64,000 nucleotides of DNA from a bacterium (lineage in GTDB: Bacteria > SM23-31): the NCBI GenBank assembly GCA_965249485.1, contig OZ252239.1, positions 1,696,001 through 1,760,000 of the forward strand. Reading direction: 5' to 3'. Position 1 is the first letter of the stretch. Each line of letters starts with the position of its first letter. Below are positions 1 through 11,496 of the stretch, piece by piece. The position numbers and the translations under genes are program-made. The notes below the pieces were generated by a model. That model was not told where the DNA came from, ran no database searches, and worked only from the letters and a program-made list of their open reading frames with translations.

Positions 1-218
1 AGGATTCCCTCATTCAATTGTTCAGCGGTTTTTCCCAGTATGATCCGAATTATTCTGGTAATGTTACTGATGCAGACTATCATACAATAGTCTATATATA
101 TGAAGGGAAAACCAAAACCGTCGCAGTGTATGCTCCAAGTGCAGCAAATATACCTGAATCTTTGCGGAATATTCTTACGTATTTAGATGCTCTACGTTCT
201 CAAGTGATCTTCAATTAA
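1..218 (+). CDS. 3' part of a lipoprotein-like gene, paralog of 4850..5302 (5' end outside window)
   Basis: nt 1-235 align with 5097-5330; shared peptide FSQYDPNYS.NVTD..Y.TIVYIYEGKTKTV.VYAP. Confidence 0.75.
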   Translation, partial: DSLIQLFSGFSQYDPNYSGNVTDADYHTIVYIYEGKTKTVAVYAPSAANIPESLRNILTYLDALRSQVIFN

Positions 219-361
219 CGCACTAAATGAAGAAAAATTCTATTGATTTGACTGCTGTTGGTTTTACACTCGGATTGGGTGTGCGATTGTAAATTGTATC
301 CCACTAAATGTTTACTAAAAACAATACCATTAGGTCCTGTTTAAGAGGTTATCTATTCTTC

Positions 362-552
362 AAATAAGCCGTTTTTCCAGACAACTCACCGCCAACAGAT
401 ACATAAACGACATTTCGAATTTCATCTGTCTATACAAGGACGGTGTTCAACGAATGGAATAGAAGGACTGAAGAGTCGATTAAGCCGGGCGAAATCGAAT
501 GACCCGAATGGATGTATTCCTATCCGGATCGATGCCGCGGGTTGCGTCAATT
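362..552 (+). repeat. Dispersed intergenic repeat family B/C1, copy 1
   Basis: CAGACAACTC...GAATGGAATAGAAGG...GAAGAGTCGA...CGGGCGAAATCGAATGACCCG...TGGATGTATTCC; matches copies at 1621, 8031, 15614, 45415. Confidence 0.75.
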
Positions 553-867
553 TGTTAAGAAAACGCGTTTGAAATAAACAATCAAATAGGTGATAGTAAC
601 GAGCGAGATCCCTATAGAAATGAACATGGCAAAAAACGAGAAAAGATGATGAATTGCTGCGCTTATCAGGATAACTTTCAAAAAGGAACTGCGGATTATC
701 GTCATGTCCCGGTTCGCATGAGATACTTTTACGAGATAAAAGATTAATCCAATTGTCATTGAATTTAAGAAAAGTACCGCAAGATATGTGCGGTACAAAG
801 TCGAAAGTTGCATCACATCAAAGAGAAAGAGGTAGGGCAGCACATGGATGAAAAATAATAAATCCAT
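547..867 (-). CDS. Hypothetical small membrane protein
   Basis: 106-aa hydrophobic ORF; AAAGG upstream of ATG. Confidence 0.45.
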   Translation of the reverse strand: MDLLFFIHVLPYLFLFDVMQLSTLYRTYLAVLFLNSMTIGLIFYLVKVSHANRDMTIIRSSFLKVILISAAIHHLFSFFAMFISIGISLVTITYLIVYFKRVFLTN

Positions 868-993
868 ACCTTTTTACTATGAGGATACTTTGACAAAGAA
901 GCGCGTATGTCGTTCGAGCCTTCAATTATTAGTGCGTTATATATCTACATAGCCTTCAGAATAATAAGACAAATATTCATTATCTGCGGTTCC

Positions 994-1467
994 TTAACGC
1001 CGGAGAAGTACCACAAAAATCAGATAATGGGTAACCAGTAAAGCAGGAACAATGAGGGCAGGGATGAAATACATGGCTCCAAACTGTCCGTCTGCGACGT
1101 ATCGTACACCTTGAAACAGTGCGTTCAGCAAGTCCAGAGTCCCTATAATATTGAAAATCCACACCAATGGAATCGCAATAGCCCATTTAAAACGTAAAGC
1201 AATTATTGCAATTATGGCGAGAACCGCTGCAAGCAAATCACCGTATGCGGCGGGATTCGCAAAGCGGGGATCCAACGCTACCGAAGTAACACCGGTAATA
1301 AGGAATGCCATACCTATGTAACGAAAACAGTGTATAAATAAAAGTGCGGTAAGCGATTCGGCGCGAGGCAGGACTGCAAACCGCGGGACAATATAAAATC
1401 GGGCGATAAGGCTGTAGACCAGTATACCTAATACTATACTGACCGGCAGAATAGGATTATTAATCAT
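994..1467 (-). CDS. Conserved hypothetical multi-TM membrane protein
   Basis: 157 aa, several TM segments, FANPAAYGDL motif, AGGAGG RBS. Confidence 0.8.
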   Translation of the reverse strand: MINNPILPVSIVLGILVYSLIARFYIVPRFAVLPRAESLTALLFIHCFRYIGMAFLITGVTSVALDPRFANPAAYGDLLAAVLAIIAIIALRFKWAIAIPLVWIFNIIGTLDLLNALFQGVRYVADGQFGAMYFIPALIVPALLVTHYLIFVVLLRR

Positions 1468-1620
1468 AAAAATTCCTCCTAAGGTTCGTGATTTTCTGTC
1501 TAATCCGTATTAACGTGTGATGTGTACCGCAAAAACATATCTAATGTTTTGGATTAAATATTTAAAAAACAGTGGGCAATAACAAGTATTTTCTCTCAGT
1601 TTAAACGGTTCACGTTTCGA

Positions 1621-1810
1621 CATAAACCACTTCTCATGACAATTCTCTACCAACATATAGTTACAACGATTCAGGCTTTATTTGCATGTAAGGAGGGTTT
1701 GATAGAAAGGGGTGAAGAGTCGAAAAAACCGGGTAAAACCGAATTACCCGTGTGGACGGATTCCATGCTGGTTGGTGCTGCGTGTCGAGTCAAAATATTT
1801 GCATAATAAA
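1621..1810 (+). repeat. Repeat family B/C1, copy 2
   Basis: CTCTACCAACATATAG...GAAGAGTCGAAAAAACCGGGTAAAACCGAATTACCCG...GTCAAAATATTT. Confidence 0.8.
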
Positions 1811-1869
1811 AAGCTTTCAATTGATCTTTTTCAGCTTTTAAAAATTGAAAAATAATGTACAGAAACGTA

Positions 1870-2595
1870 TCAAATGATTTCTTTGAAGGTTATATTGAAG
1901 GAATTTAAAAAAATTGTTGTCGTACTTTCAAATCCGGAATCTGTCCCGGCAAAAATCCATACCGATCCGTTTCCGTCCGAGATAAATTCAAGAGGTGCTG
2001 CAAAATTATCAAGGACTTTTAGAACATACGATACATTTTCACATTGGTTATCATTGCCAAAGTGACCGAGTACGGCAGCGTTTTCACCACCCGTGCTTTG
2101 ATTCCCTTTATCGATATTCATTTCGTAAAAATCTTCTGCAGATACTACTGAAACAGGTTCTTCAACTGATGTACCTGCTTTAATATAAACGCTTGTTCCA
2201 GGTGCTCCACCGACACCGGAACATTCCGATGCCGCATTCGTTGCAAATTCAATTTTCGCTGTCATTGTGTATACAGAACCCGGTTTTAATCCGTCGATCC
2301 TTTTTTTTGCATACATGAACAGGTCGTCGCTATGGTTGTTTCCGGATATGAGCAATGCTGGTATGGTGTTTCCGAGGTTATCAGGCAAGACTGTATTTTC
2401 ACTTGCCAGTTCATAAAATTCTTCTTCACCAACCGGGTAATCGGAAAATCCCACAGTCCAGTTTTCCGATGATTCGAATGTAAACGTGAAATCAAGAATC
2501 TGAGCAGCATTATCATCCTTGCTGCACGCGACCGGAAGGCTGAAAACTACCACTATTACAATAGTTTTAAAGACTTTTTGACTCAAAATAACCAT
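1870..2595 (-). CDS. Hypothetical lipoprotein
   Basis: Signal peptide with PVAC lipobox; GFSDYP and GNNHSDDLFM motifs. Confidence 0.75.
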   Translation of the reverse strand: MVILSQKVFKTIVIVVVFSLPVACSKDDNAAQILDFTFTFESSENWTVGFSDYPVGEEEFYELASENTVLPDNLGNTIPALLISGNNHSDDLFMYAKKRIDGLKPGSVYTMTAKIEFATNAASECSGVGGAPGTSVYIKAGTSVEEPVSVVSAEDFYEMNIDKGNQSTGGENAAVLGHFGNDNQCENVSYVLKVLDNFAAPLEFISDGNGSVWIFAGTDSGFESTTTIFLNSFNITFKEII

Positions 2596-2968
2596 ATCAG
2601 TGAGCGGATGGAGTTTAACATGGATTATGTATAGTATGATAGCATACTACCATATAATCCTCTCTTTTGCAATGGAAAAATAGCGTAAAGAAATCAACCT
2701 ATCATCATGTACTGTATTAGCGACGTTATCTGCTCAATAACATAGATTGAAGAGACAGTGCTCCCGACTTTGCTGCCAAACAACTCGTCAAACCACGGTA
2801 AGAGCAGGATGTAATATTTATAGCAGGCCTGATAGTACTATGTCCAGACAATTCTCTCTTCTATCTTTTCCCATTAATAAAAAAATATTTCCTTGATTCA
2901 TTATTGTAATATCGTTACAATTCACTATGCTAAAACTCTTGTATATTCAACAATGTACGTTGTAGACT

Positions 2969-3910
2969 ATGGCGATAGTGAAAAAAGGAATTATAACGGT
3001 TGCGGGTGGTAAAGGTGGAACAGGCAAGACATTCGTCACGGCAAATCTCGGAACAGCATTAGCGCAGATAGGGCATAAAGTCATACTTGTTGACGCAGAT
3101 TTCGGATGCTCCAACCTGAATCATTTCATGTCGGTCAAACGTCCCGCGCACTCGATTTCGGATATCCTGTTGAACGAGAAGAAGGAACTCGAGGAAATTC
3201 TGATCGATACGGGGGTTGATAACTTGAAGATGATCGCGTGCGGCTCTCTTGTGTATGGAACGGCAAATATACATTTCTTCAAAAAATTGAATTTGTTGAG
3301 GAGAATTCAAAAATTAGACGCCGACTACATACTTGTTGACATCGGAGCGGGCACAAGTTTTAATACAATTGATTTCTTCAATCTTTCGAACCAGGGGATC
3401 CTGTTGTTGAATTATAACCCGATCAGCAGGCAGAATGCGCTTGTTTTCCTAAAGACCTCTCTCTACAGGAAGCTTATCCAGACGATAAAAAGTGATAAAC
3501 GGGTCTGGAAAAGGATAGAATTGTATCTTAAGGAACAGAAAAGAAGCGCGTTTGACATAAACCTTGTACTCGATTGGATCATCAAGAACAGCGAGCAGAT
3601 GGTGAATGTTTTAAGAGAGCTGCTTGCTGATTACCGGCCAAAAGTCCTGTTTAATAAAGTAGAAGAAAATGACCTGACCAACGGAAACATCGAAGAGAGT
3701 TTCAATGCCATTATGAACACTGCAAGAAACAGTCTGCAGATCGATATCGATTATCTCGGAGCTATCAGAATAGACCCGAACGTTGAAAAATCCCTCAAGG
3801 CAGGTGACCTGTTCCTGATGAACAATCAGGATTCGGCCGCTTCGAAGGATATCTTCAGAATATGTCAGAAAAAAATATCGGATCTTGGACCTGTTTCTGC
3901 GGCACAATAA
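2969..3910 (+). CDS. MinD/ParA family ATPase, FlhG/FleN-like
   Basis: Deviant Walker A GGKGGTGKT, VDADFGCSNL, DYILVDIGAGTS. Confidence 0.85.
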   Translation: MAIVKKGIITVAGGKGGTGKTFVTANLGTALAQIGHKVILVDADFGCSNLNHFMSVKRPAHSISDILLNEKKELEEILIDTGVDNLKMIACGSLVYGTANIHFFKKLNLLRRIQKLDADYILVDIGAGTSFNTIDFFNLSNQGILLLNYNPISRQNALVFLKTSLYRKLIQTIKSDKRVWKRIELYLKEQKRSAFDINLVLDWIIKNSEQMVNVLRELLADYRPKVLFNKVEENDLTNGNIEESFNAIMNTARNSLQIDIDYLGAIRIDPNVEKSLKAGDLFLMNNQDSAASKDIFRICQKKISDLGPVSAAQ

Positions 3911-4112
3911 TGCAACCCATCCAATCTTCTCCCCGATTAGAATACCATCAATTCGTACAGCCCATGTGAAGAGCAGTTACCGGTAAAAATGTTGCATTGT
4001 GCGTTTGCACGATAATCCCTCAGCAACTCTGCCCATCCGAAAATTCTAACCAAAACAAAACTATATCTTACTTGGGGACTCAGATCTATCAACGTGATCT
4101 GGTGATGTATTA

Positions 4113-4361
4113 TTAGATAACTGCATATATGAAGAGTGCTATGGTGATTACGATCAAAATAATTCCGAAAAAGGTATTACTTTTTCTGCCACTTTTTTCA
4201 TCATATTTAATACGAAGTTTCTCATTCATATAATTCTGAAATGTACAAATCTTTTCCGGAAAAAGAATGATAACGAAACCGGCTGTAAAAAGAATAACTG
4301 ACCGAATTATATTGTGATTATTCATAGCACGACGCAAAATTTTATTGAATAAAGTCTCCAA
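4113..4361 (-). CDS. Small 2-TM hypothetical protein
   Basis: Two hydrophobic segments; start may be the ATG near 4325. Confidence 0.5.
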   Translation of the reverse strand: METLFNKILRRAMNNHNIIRSVILFTAGFVIILFPEKICTFQNYMNEKLRIKYDEKSGRKSNTFFGIILIVITIALFIYAVI

Positions 4362-4849
4362 AACTATAATGAGTAATGGATCGTTGTCGTATGTATCCTG
4401 TTTTATGAATTGTGTAATATGTCTATTTTATGGCAGGGAATATGGACACGTAACCTTGTACTTATTTTCCTTACTTTAGATTACCATTATTTTAGCATAG
4501 ATTAATATATGAAATATTGATTAAATTATTGTGATTAATAAATCACGAAGTAATACAATGAGCGAATAATACTTATCGTGCATTGTGTATCATGTAGTAT
4601 CAATTCTGGTAACAGTCATATACATCTTTTTGCAGTGCAAATTATTGCACTATCATTCACAATAATAGTGAAGGATTAATAGTAAAGTTTTGTTTATTTA
4701 GTAGTTACGATACGGCAAAAATGCAGATATCTATTGGAATAGTTTTTGCCCTAATTTAAGTAATTACCTGTAGTTGAATATGTGTATAGGGGGATAGTAC
4801 GTATAGTGGATTGTATTTAATTTGTTTTGGAATTGGTGGATCAACTAAG

Positions 4850-5302
4850 ATGAAACGTTTTAATGTATGGTGTATACTTGCCTGTCTTGGCTTATTTTCA
4901 GTATTTATTTCTTGCAGTAAAATATTTCCTACTGAACCTGGACCTTCGCCTGAATTCAGAAAAATGGAAATCCGTTATACTTTAAAAGGAGGATGGTCAG
5001 ACGACACTGCTAAACTTGATATATTTGGCAACGGGACAGTTCAAAAATCAGGATGGTCAGGAGAAATTTCGCAGGGAATTTTAACTACTACTCAACAGGA
5101 TTCCCTCATTCAATTATTCAGCAATTTTTCTCAGTATGATCCGAACTATTCTGCTAATGTTACTGATTCAAATTATAATACAATAGTCTATATATATGAA
5201 GGGAAAACCAAAACCGTCACAGTATATGCTCCACATTCAGCAAATATACCTGAATCTTTGCAAAATGTTATTACGTATTTACGTGCTCTTCTTTTCAACT
5301 GA
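4850..5302 (+). CDS. Hypothetical lipoprotein (paralog of window-start gene)
   Basis: MKRFN...FISC lipobox; duplicated at 1-235. Confidence 0.75.
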   Translation: MKRFNVWCILACLGLFSVFISCSKIFPTEPGPSPEFRKMEIRYTLKGGWSDDTAKLDIFGNGTVQKSGWSGEISQGILTTTQQDSLIQLFSNFSQYDPNYSANVTDSNYNTIVYIYEGKTKTVTVYAPHSANIPESLQNVITYLRALLFN

Positions 5303-5649
5303 TCTTCAATTAGCACACAATATGAAGAAAACGAGCGTTTACGATGAGGGGAATACCGGAGATTTCAGGACTTCATCAATAAAGATAATGAATCGAATAG
5401 GAGTGAGGTTAGAGACGAGATTTGGTACTAATCCTAAGTACTCAGAGGAATTTGTAATAATTATATGATGTGTAAAATGATTTTAGGCGAACGTTTTATT
5501 CCCCTGGTTTCCCTCAGTAACATCCATACAGGACAGGCGCGATCATGGCACAGTGCATTTCAGGATGAAAGACGCATGAGTATACATACTATTATTCTGA
5601 AAATTATTGCCTTATGAGTCCCCAAAAAAAACAGTTACCGATTATTGTA

Positions 5650-6525
5650 TCAATCGAGGTAGATACGCAAAGCACGGCTTCTGGATACATGCTGCAAACG
5701 TTTAATGGCTTTTTCTTTAATTTGACGTATACGTTCACGGGTGAGATTTAATAGCTCTCCGATCTCTTCTAATGTCATTGGATGTTCCTGCCCGAATCCA
5801 AAGTAAAGCTTAACAATTTCCGATTCCCTGCGTGTCAAGGTCGACAGCGCTCGCTCAACTTCGTCTTTCAACGATTCCCGCATGAGTTCATTATCGGGCG
5901 ACGGATGATGATCATTTTTAATAACATTCAGGAGCCTGTTATCCTCTCCCTGCTGAAACGGTTCATCCATGGAGAGATGGCGACCGGATATTTTAAGCGT
6001 GTCAGAAACCTTGAACGGTGTCATATCCAGTTCATCCGCAATTTCCCGGGCACTCGGATCACGTTCAAATTCCTGTTCGAGATCCCTGAAGGCTTTCCCG
6101 ATTTTATTGAGTTCACCTATACGATTCAATGGCAGACGTACAACTCTCGATTGTTCTGCAAGTGCCTGCATAATTGACTGGCGTATCCACCATACTGCAT
6201 ATGAAATAAATTTAAACCCTCGCGTTTCGTCAAATCTTTTTGCAGCCTTTATTAAGCCGAGGTTTCCTTCATTTATGAGATCCCCAATGGTAAGTCCCTG
6301 ATTTTGAAATTGTTTAGCTACACTTACAACAAAACGAAGATTTGCTTTGGTTAATTTCTCCAATGCCTCCTGATCGTTATTCTTGATACGGCGTGCTAAT
6401 TGTATTTCTTCCTGCTGAGCAAGTAATGGTACTTTTCCAATTTCATGTAAATAAGTACTGAGTGATTGATTTTCACGATTACCTTGATTCTGACTTAACG
6501 TTGCCATGAACGGCCCACTTCCCAT
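5650..6525 (-). CDS. RNA polymerase sigma factor, RpoD/RpoS family (short, Bacteroidota/FCB type)
   Basis: [45 protein letters not shown]...TRERIRQI; lacks region 1.1. Confidence 0.95.
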   Translation of the reverse strand: MGSGPFMATLSQNQGNRENQSLSTYLHEIGKVPLLAQQEEIQLARRIKNNDQEALEKLTKANLRFVVSVAKQFQNQGLTIGDLINEGNLGLIKAAKRFDETRGFKFISYAVWWIRQSIMQALAEQSRVVRLPLNRIGELNKIGKAFRDLEQEFERDPSAREIADELDMTPFKVSDTLKISGRHLSMDEPFQQGEDNRLLNVIKNDHHPSPDNELMRESLKDEVERALSTLTRRESEIVKLYFGFGQEHPMTLEEIGELLNLTRERIRQIKEKAIKRLQHVSRSRALRIYLD

Positions 6526-6643
6526 TTATACGTTTCATTATCGTTAATTCTAACCACAGCACTCTACACCGGGGGTCAGTTGCAGCAATACTTGTTTGGT
6601 GAAATTTTACTATGATTCGCTTACACCTGCAGCGTATCGATAC

Positions 6644-6967
6644 TTAATAGCGACGTCCACCACCACCACCACCTCTTCCACCACCACCACCACCTCTTCC
6701 ACCACCTCCACCTCGACGATTATCTTCGCGGGGGCGTGCCTCATTAACATTAAGAATTTTTCCCTTTAACTCGTTGCCATTTAGTCCTTCAATTGCAGCG
6801 AGAGCTTCAGCCTTGGCTTGTATCTCCACGAATCCAAATCCTCTTGCTTCACCACTATATTTATCTTTTATAATAGTGGCCGTTTCGACCTTTCCGAATG
6901 CTTCAAAAGCCGTCCGCAAATCTTCTTCACTGACCGTGCTATCCAAATTACCTACGTAGATATTCAA
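6644..6967 (-). CDS. RRM RNA-binding protein with Gly/Arg-rich tail
   Basis: IYVGNL (RNP2), RGFGFVE (RNP1), GGGGR tail; AAGGAG RBS, TTG start. Confidence 0.95.
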   Translation of the reverse strand: MNIYVGNLDSTVSEEDLRTAFEAFGKVETATIIKDKYSGEARGFGFVEIQAKAEALAAIEGLNGNELKGKILNVNEARPREDNRRGGGGGRGGGGGGRGGGGGGRRY

Positions 6968-7579
6968 TGTGTTCTCCTTTTTGAAATGAAATCCAAATTT
7001 GAATTATGTTTATATTCAAACTTTTTACCTGATATTTCCCATTTCAAACTTCTGAAGTAGAATATATGAGGATTCTGTTGATTTTCGATACTATATTAAC
7101 TTTAGGTGTGCGTCATTAGGACAGAGTGGACATCTTGTATTTAATATCAAGAAATTCTTTGGCAAATGCAAGGGTAATATCCGATTTAACAGTCTTTATT
7201 TTCATCAATACATCACCTCTCCATACATTATTTCCTTCATCGATACAAAAATAACGAATGAAATTGGAAAGAGGGTAGAGGCGGGAATTAAATTATGTGA
7301 AACCGCTTCAGGGCGGTATCGGTTCATTATGTAATTGAGCGGTTAGATCAGGATTTATTGCAAGAAGATACGAGGGAGAGGTGTCTCTGAATTGTATTTG
7401 TTAATCAGAAATCATAAATACTACAGCAAATCGTGCTATGCAGTGTATCCTATAAGCAGTTTATCATTTGAAATTGGATAATTCATTTGTTAGTTTGGCA
7501 GTATACTGTAGAATAATCCATATTCAACTCTTTCAGTAATTTGATACGGGAAATATCAGAATGAAGGAACGGTACGGTA

Positions 7580-7909
7580 TTGAAACGGTATATTGATCGA
7601 TTAAAGATTAAATGGGGAATAGATGGAACCCGTGATATTATATTGATCCTCCTGGTCTTTACATTATCCGGATATACCACGGTTTATTGTTCCCGGTATG
7701 TCAACAGCTTCTTAGGATTTGGTACCGAAACACATAGTGCTGTTTCAATAACTGTCAGAATTCTATTGTTTGTGCCTTTGTATCAGGCAGCAACATTGCT
7801 CTACTCAGCGCTTCTCGGGCAATTTAAATTCTTCTGGCCGAAACAAAAACTATTGGGAAGGTTCGTGCTGCGGGTCGTCACGTTTAACAGGATACATAGT
7901 AAGTTTTGA
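7580..7909 (+). CDS. Small membrane protein, DUF6787-like
   Basis: LK.KWGI...ILLVF.L.G...PLYQ...GQFKFFW motif. Confidence 0.7.
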   Translation: MKRYIDRLKIKWGIDGTRDIILILLVFTLSGYTTVYCSRYVNSFLGFGTETHSAVSITVRILLFVPLYQAATLLYSALLGQFKFFWPKQKLLGRFVLRVVTFNRIHSKF

Positions 7910-8030
7910 CGCTCAGTCACTAACGTTGGCACTCCTTCAGGACAGTATATGGATAGAGTACTTCAGGGTACGAAAGATTGCAGTCTCTTGTATGAGCAGT
8001 TTGTGTCCAAAACATACATGAGATTTATTT

Positions 8031-8135
8031 CAGGATTGAAGATTCGGTAAATCCGGGCAAAATCGATTTACCCGATGTGGACGCATTCCGATGCTGAATG
8101 ATGCTGCGAGGAAAGTTGAAAATATTTTTGAAATA
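8031..8135 (+). repeat. Repeat family B/C1, partial copy
   Basis: CGGGCAAAATCGATTTACCCG-ATGTGGACGCATTCCGATGCTG...AAAATATTTT. Confidence 0.7.
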
Positions 8136-8139
8136 ATCG

Positions 8140-10911
8140 TTAAAATCTGTGCGTATAGTTGATCTTTGATATTGCACCTCGTGAAAGTGTTTCGGTGTCA
8201 AAGTCCCAGATAGAATTGCCTATATTCCTCCAGTTGTGCGTATATACCATAAAAATATCATTTCCCGGATTGACAGTCCATCTGAGTTTGGCAAAAAAAC
8301 CGATAACCTCACTGATATCGTCATATTGAATACTGCTGGTGAGTGACGACCATGGTGTTGGGAAAAATCCTCCTTCAAACCGGTATAGATTCGTTTTGAA
8401 ATCTCCTTCGGGAAGTGTTACGTCATTGACTTCATACGATCCTTCAAGCGTCAATCCCGGAACCAGATTGACGTCAACATTTGCAGAGTACTGCAGACGT
8501 GTTCCGGTCCAGAAATCACCGATAGTAACATTGAAAAATCCTGCTACGGGGCGTTTTCTTGCAGTAAATGCTGTAATTCTCCATTCGCTATAACTATACT
8601 CTCCGATAGGGAGAATGATTCCGTCGTTGATCTCGAATTCTTCATCAAGCAGTTCAAGATTCTGGTTAAATTGAACCGAAAAACTATCGCCACTTTCCAA
8701 TCTGGGATTTAATATCGTATATTGGATGTTACGGGTTACTAGGTTATTCGACATATCCCAAAAATGCCGCCAGTTCCCCCGAAATCGTAGTTGTCGCAGC
8801 CAGGAGATGGCTGGCACGCGGGGATTGAATCCTATATTCGGATCTACACGCCGAAAACCGTTCCTTCTCACGAATCCTATTGACGGATCGTAGTCATCAC
8901 CCAATTCTCTGTATGAAACGCTGCTGGTCCATACATCATTCGGATAATTGAGTCTGAGACCACGGGCACTGAGGTTATTGAACGTTGGTACCCCTTCCCG
9001 TTCCGGATCTTTCGGATCGGTGTGCCATACCAGGAATGCTTCGAACTGAAGATTTTTGTCCCCGAGAAACTTCGCGGTATTTAAATTCAAATCGGCACCA
9101 ACGGTATGCCGGTCATCGAGTGCAGGTTCATCGTTAAACGCTTCGCTTGCTCTGCGGGTATAGATCATTCCGGCCGTAGACTGATCGAAAAAGCTACGTT
9201 TGATCCGGGCAACGCTGAAATCCTCGACCGGCGCTAAGGCAAGAGAGTTTTTATCGGTCCTTACCTGCAAAAACCCAATCTCATTACGTCCGACTGTTCC
9301 GGTAAGGCGGGCGCCGAATATGACCGGAATTTGCTCGCCTTCCGTCAGACCGATACGTCTGCTGAAAAAAGGAGTTACATCATTGTTAGGAGCAAAACTA
9401 AATAAGCTCGAACCTTCCAAAAAGAAGTCCCGCTTTTCCTGAAAAAACAGAGGAAAACGGGTTAAATTGACGCGTCTTTGATCGACATCAACTTCGGCAA
9501 AGTCGGTGTTGACCGAGAGTGCGCCGCGGAGGCTCGAGGTGATGTTATATGAGATATCCAAACCGATTTCTTTCGGATCATCCGACTGTTTATCCGGATT
9601 CGGCATAAATACACCCTCATCGATAATATTCGGAGTATTGCTTGTACCGAGTGTTGCGTACGGCTTGATCTCGAGGCCGGAACCCTGCGAAATATTTTTA
9701 AGACCGGTCAGCCTTCCCGCATGTATGGGCTGGGCGAGCGGTTGATTTCGTTTGTGGCCGCTCCATCTCAATTCTTCATTTTTCCGCCGTATCGTCCTCT
9801 GGAAATTGATACCCCAGGCATCATTTGCCGGATCGAAATTCAACGTTTGGAAAGGAATACGTATCTCTGCAGTCCAACCCTGATCGTGTATCGTCGTTTC
9901 AACAGTCCAAATACCGTCCCACGACTTATTTGTTCCTCTCCCACCTCCACCACCACCGAAAAATCCACCACCACCACCGCCTCTGCGACCCCCGCTGGAT
10001 CCGATCAAAGCGTCACCCAGCAGACCGGCAGGATTCGTTTCAAAAAAATAACCGGTCCTCCCATCCAGGAAGGTGTCGATGATCCACATAAATCTATCAT
10101 CCGAAGACAATCCTTCGTCACGTTTCATCTGGTAACCGAGAATGCCATCTGAATCACTATCAAACAGATTCGCTCCTAAATAGAGATTTTTCTCGTCATA
10201 CAAGACGTAAACTTCTGTATGTTCGGACGCCTCCAATCCCTCTGTCGGCTCCGTTTGCAAAAAATTAGTGGCAGGTTCCGCCCGTTGCCAGACTTCTTCA
10301 TCAAGGACACCGTCAATTCTTATCTGCCCGGTAATGTGAACTGCTTCCAAATTTCTTGCGGCAGCCACAGGTCCGGTCCTGCGACTGATACGATTATTCG
10401 AGGAGGGTTCATTTTCGTTCGACAGTACCCGATGACCGTTTGCGTTTCCATTCGCGAGATGATTTTCAAGTAAGTTCCAGACTGAGCGATCCGCAAAAGT
10501 AATCTTGAGTGGAACGATAGTACCATCAACTGGAACTTCCCATTCATTGAGCGGCTGATCCCAGAAAAAGTTGAGAGTACTACCCGGCAGGATCGATGTT
10601 GAGAACGTTTTTTCGAACAATGCGGGATCGGAACGTCCCTGATAGTAAACCATGAGCCAGACTTGCAGTTCTTTGATTTCCGAACTTCCTGAATTTTCCA
10701 GATCGAAATACGCCCGAAATGCATCCTCGCCGACAGTAAGCACATTGACCGGGCCGGGTATCGAGAACGGCGCATTTTCATATTCGAAGGTGGTCAGGGG
10801 AATATACGTGGCGGCGTGCGACCCATTGTGATTGTTCTGAGCATGAAGCTGATTGGCAAAAGCAGCGAACGTCAGTATCGTGAAAATAAATACGGATCTA
10901 TATATTTGCAT
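8140..10911 (-). CDS. CBM9-like/DUF5916 outer-membrane protein with extra N-terminal domain
   Basis: Signal peptide, IDGVLDEEVW, WTAEIRIPF, NTDFAEVDVD...NLTRFPLFFQEKRDFFLEG, C-terminal Phe. Confidence 0.85.
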   Translation of the reverse strand: MQIYRSVFIFTILTFAAFANQLHAQNNHNGSHAATYIPLTTFEYENAPFSIPGPVNVLTVGEDAFRAYFDLENSGSSEIKELQVWLMVYYQGRSDPALFEKTFSTSILPGSTLNFFWDQPLNEWEVPVDGTIVPLKITFADRSVWNLLENHLANGNANGHRVLSNENEPSSNNRISRRTGPVAAARNLEAVHITGQIRIDGVLDEEVWQRAEPATNFLQTEPTEGLEASEHTEVYVLYDEKNLYLGANLFDSDSDGILGYQMKRDEGLSSDDRFMWIIDTFLDGRTGYFFETNPAGLLGDALIGSSGGRRGGGGGGFFGGGGGGRGTNKSWDGIWTVETTIHDQGWTAEIRIPFQTLNFDPANDAWGINFQRTIRRKNEELRWSGHKRNQPLAQPIHAGRLTGLKNISQGSGLEIKPYATLGTSNTPNIIDEGVFMPNPDKQSDDPKEIGLDISYNITSSLRGALSVNTDFAEVDVDQRRVNLTRFPLFFQEKRDFFLEGSSLFSFAPNNDVTPFFSRRIGLTEGEQIPVIFGARLTGTVGRNEIGFLQVRTDKNSLALAPVEDFSVARIKRSFFDQSTAGMIYTRRASEAFNDEPALDDRHTVGADLNLNTAKFLGDKNLQFEAFLVWHTDPKDPEREGVPTFNNLSARGLRLNYPNDVWTSSVSYRELGDDYDPSIGFVRRNGFRRVDPNIGFNPRVPAISWLRQLRFRGNWRHFWDMSNNLVTRNIQYTILNPRLESGDSFSVQFNQNLELLDEEFEINDGIILPIGEYSYSEWRITAFTARKRPVAGFFNVTIGDFWTGTRLQYSANVDVNLVPGLTLEGSYEVNDVTLPEGDFKTNLYRFEGGFFPTPWSSLTSSIQYDDISEVIGFFAKLRWTVNPGNDIFMVYTHNWRNIGNSIWDFDTETLSRGAISKINYTHRF

Positions 10912-11260
10912 TACTACCCTTAAAAGCTTGCAGTAAAAATCTCCGAAAAATCGAAATATTAATGTCGAATGTCTACGTTTTTGGATGAATTGGAAAAAAG
11001 ATACACATTATATACATCATTGGTATACAATTATTCAAATATATTTTATTCGGCCGTATATTGCTTTAAGATTAAATTTTCCACCTGATCAATCCGATAT
11101 TTTACGTATCAAACTCTGAAAGAATACATTATGGAGCGCTGAAAAAAATTAATATCTAATCCGGTCTGTAACAATTCCAATATTTCCGGCTTCGACATAT
11201 TCGAGTTCAGTTCCGTACTCATTTGATTCTTCGTTCATGAAATCAATTATATATTTTATA

Positions 11261-11295
11261 CTCAAAGGTTCGCAATACGTCACACATGGTTTGCC
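11261..11295. repeat. Repeat family D (pseudo-tRNA 3' end; minus strand reads CDVLRTF), also at 12663-12700, 13570-13595, 21404-21438
   Basis: CTCAAAGGTTCGCAATACGTCACACA recurs with few changes. Confidence 0.75.
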
Positions 11296-11496
11296 CTTTA
11301 CGTTACCAGGCAGAACTTCTTTAATGAGTGGTTCTTTTTTATTGTTATCAAGCGGAAATACGAGGATGCCTTTTATAATGTCAAAATCCTATAATTTTGT
11401 ACAACAATTAAAATAAATAATCGTATATTCCATTCTTATAGTGTTTTCTAAATGTAAGAGAACGTAAGAATGTCAAATACAGAAGAGGTTTAGAAT

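Noticed and set aside
900..940. attC after the 994..1467 gene
   Set aside because: Only an ATATAAC box; no L boxes or R' partner visible.
3990..4090. IS3 transposase 3' remnant
   Set aside because: Resemblance too weak to support.
6657..6716. CCA tandem repeat as a regulatory or mobile element
   Set aside because: Simply encodes the Gly-rich RRM tail.
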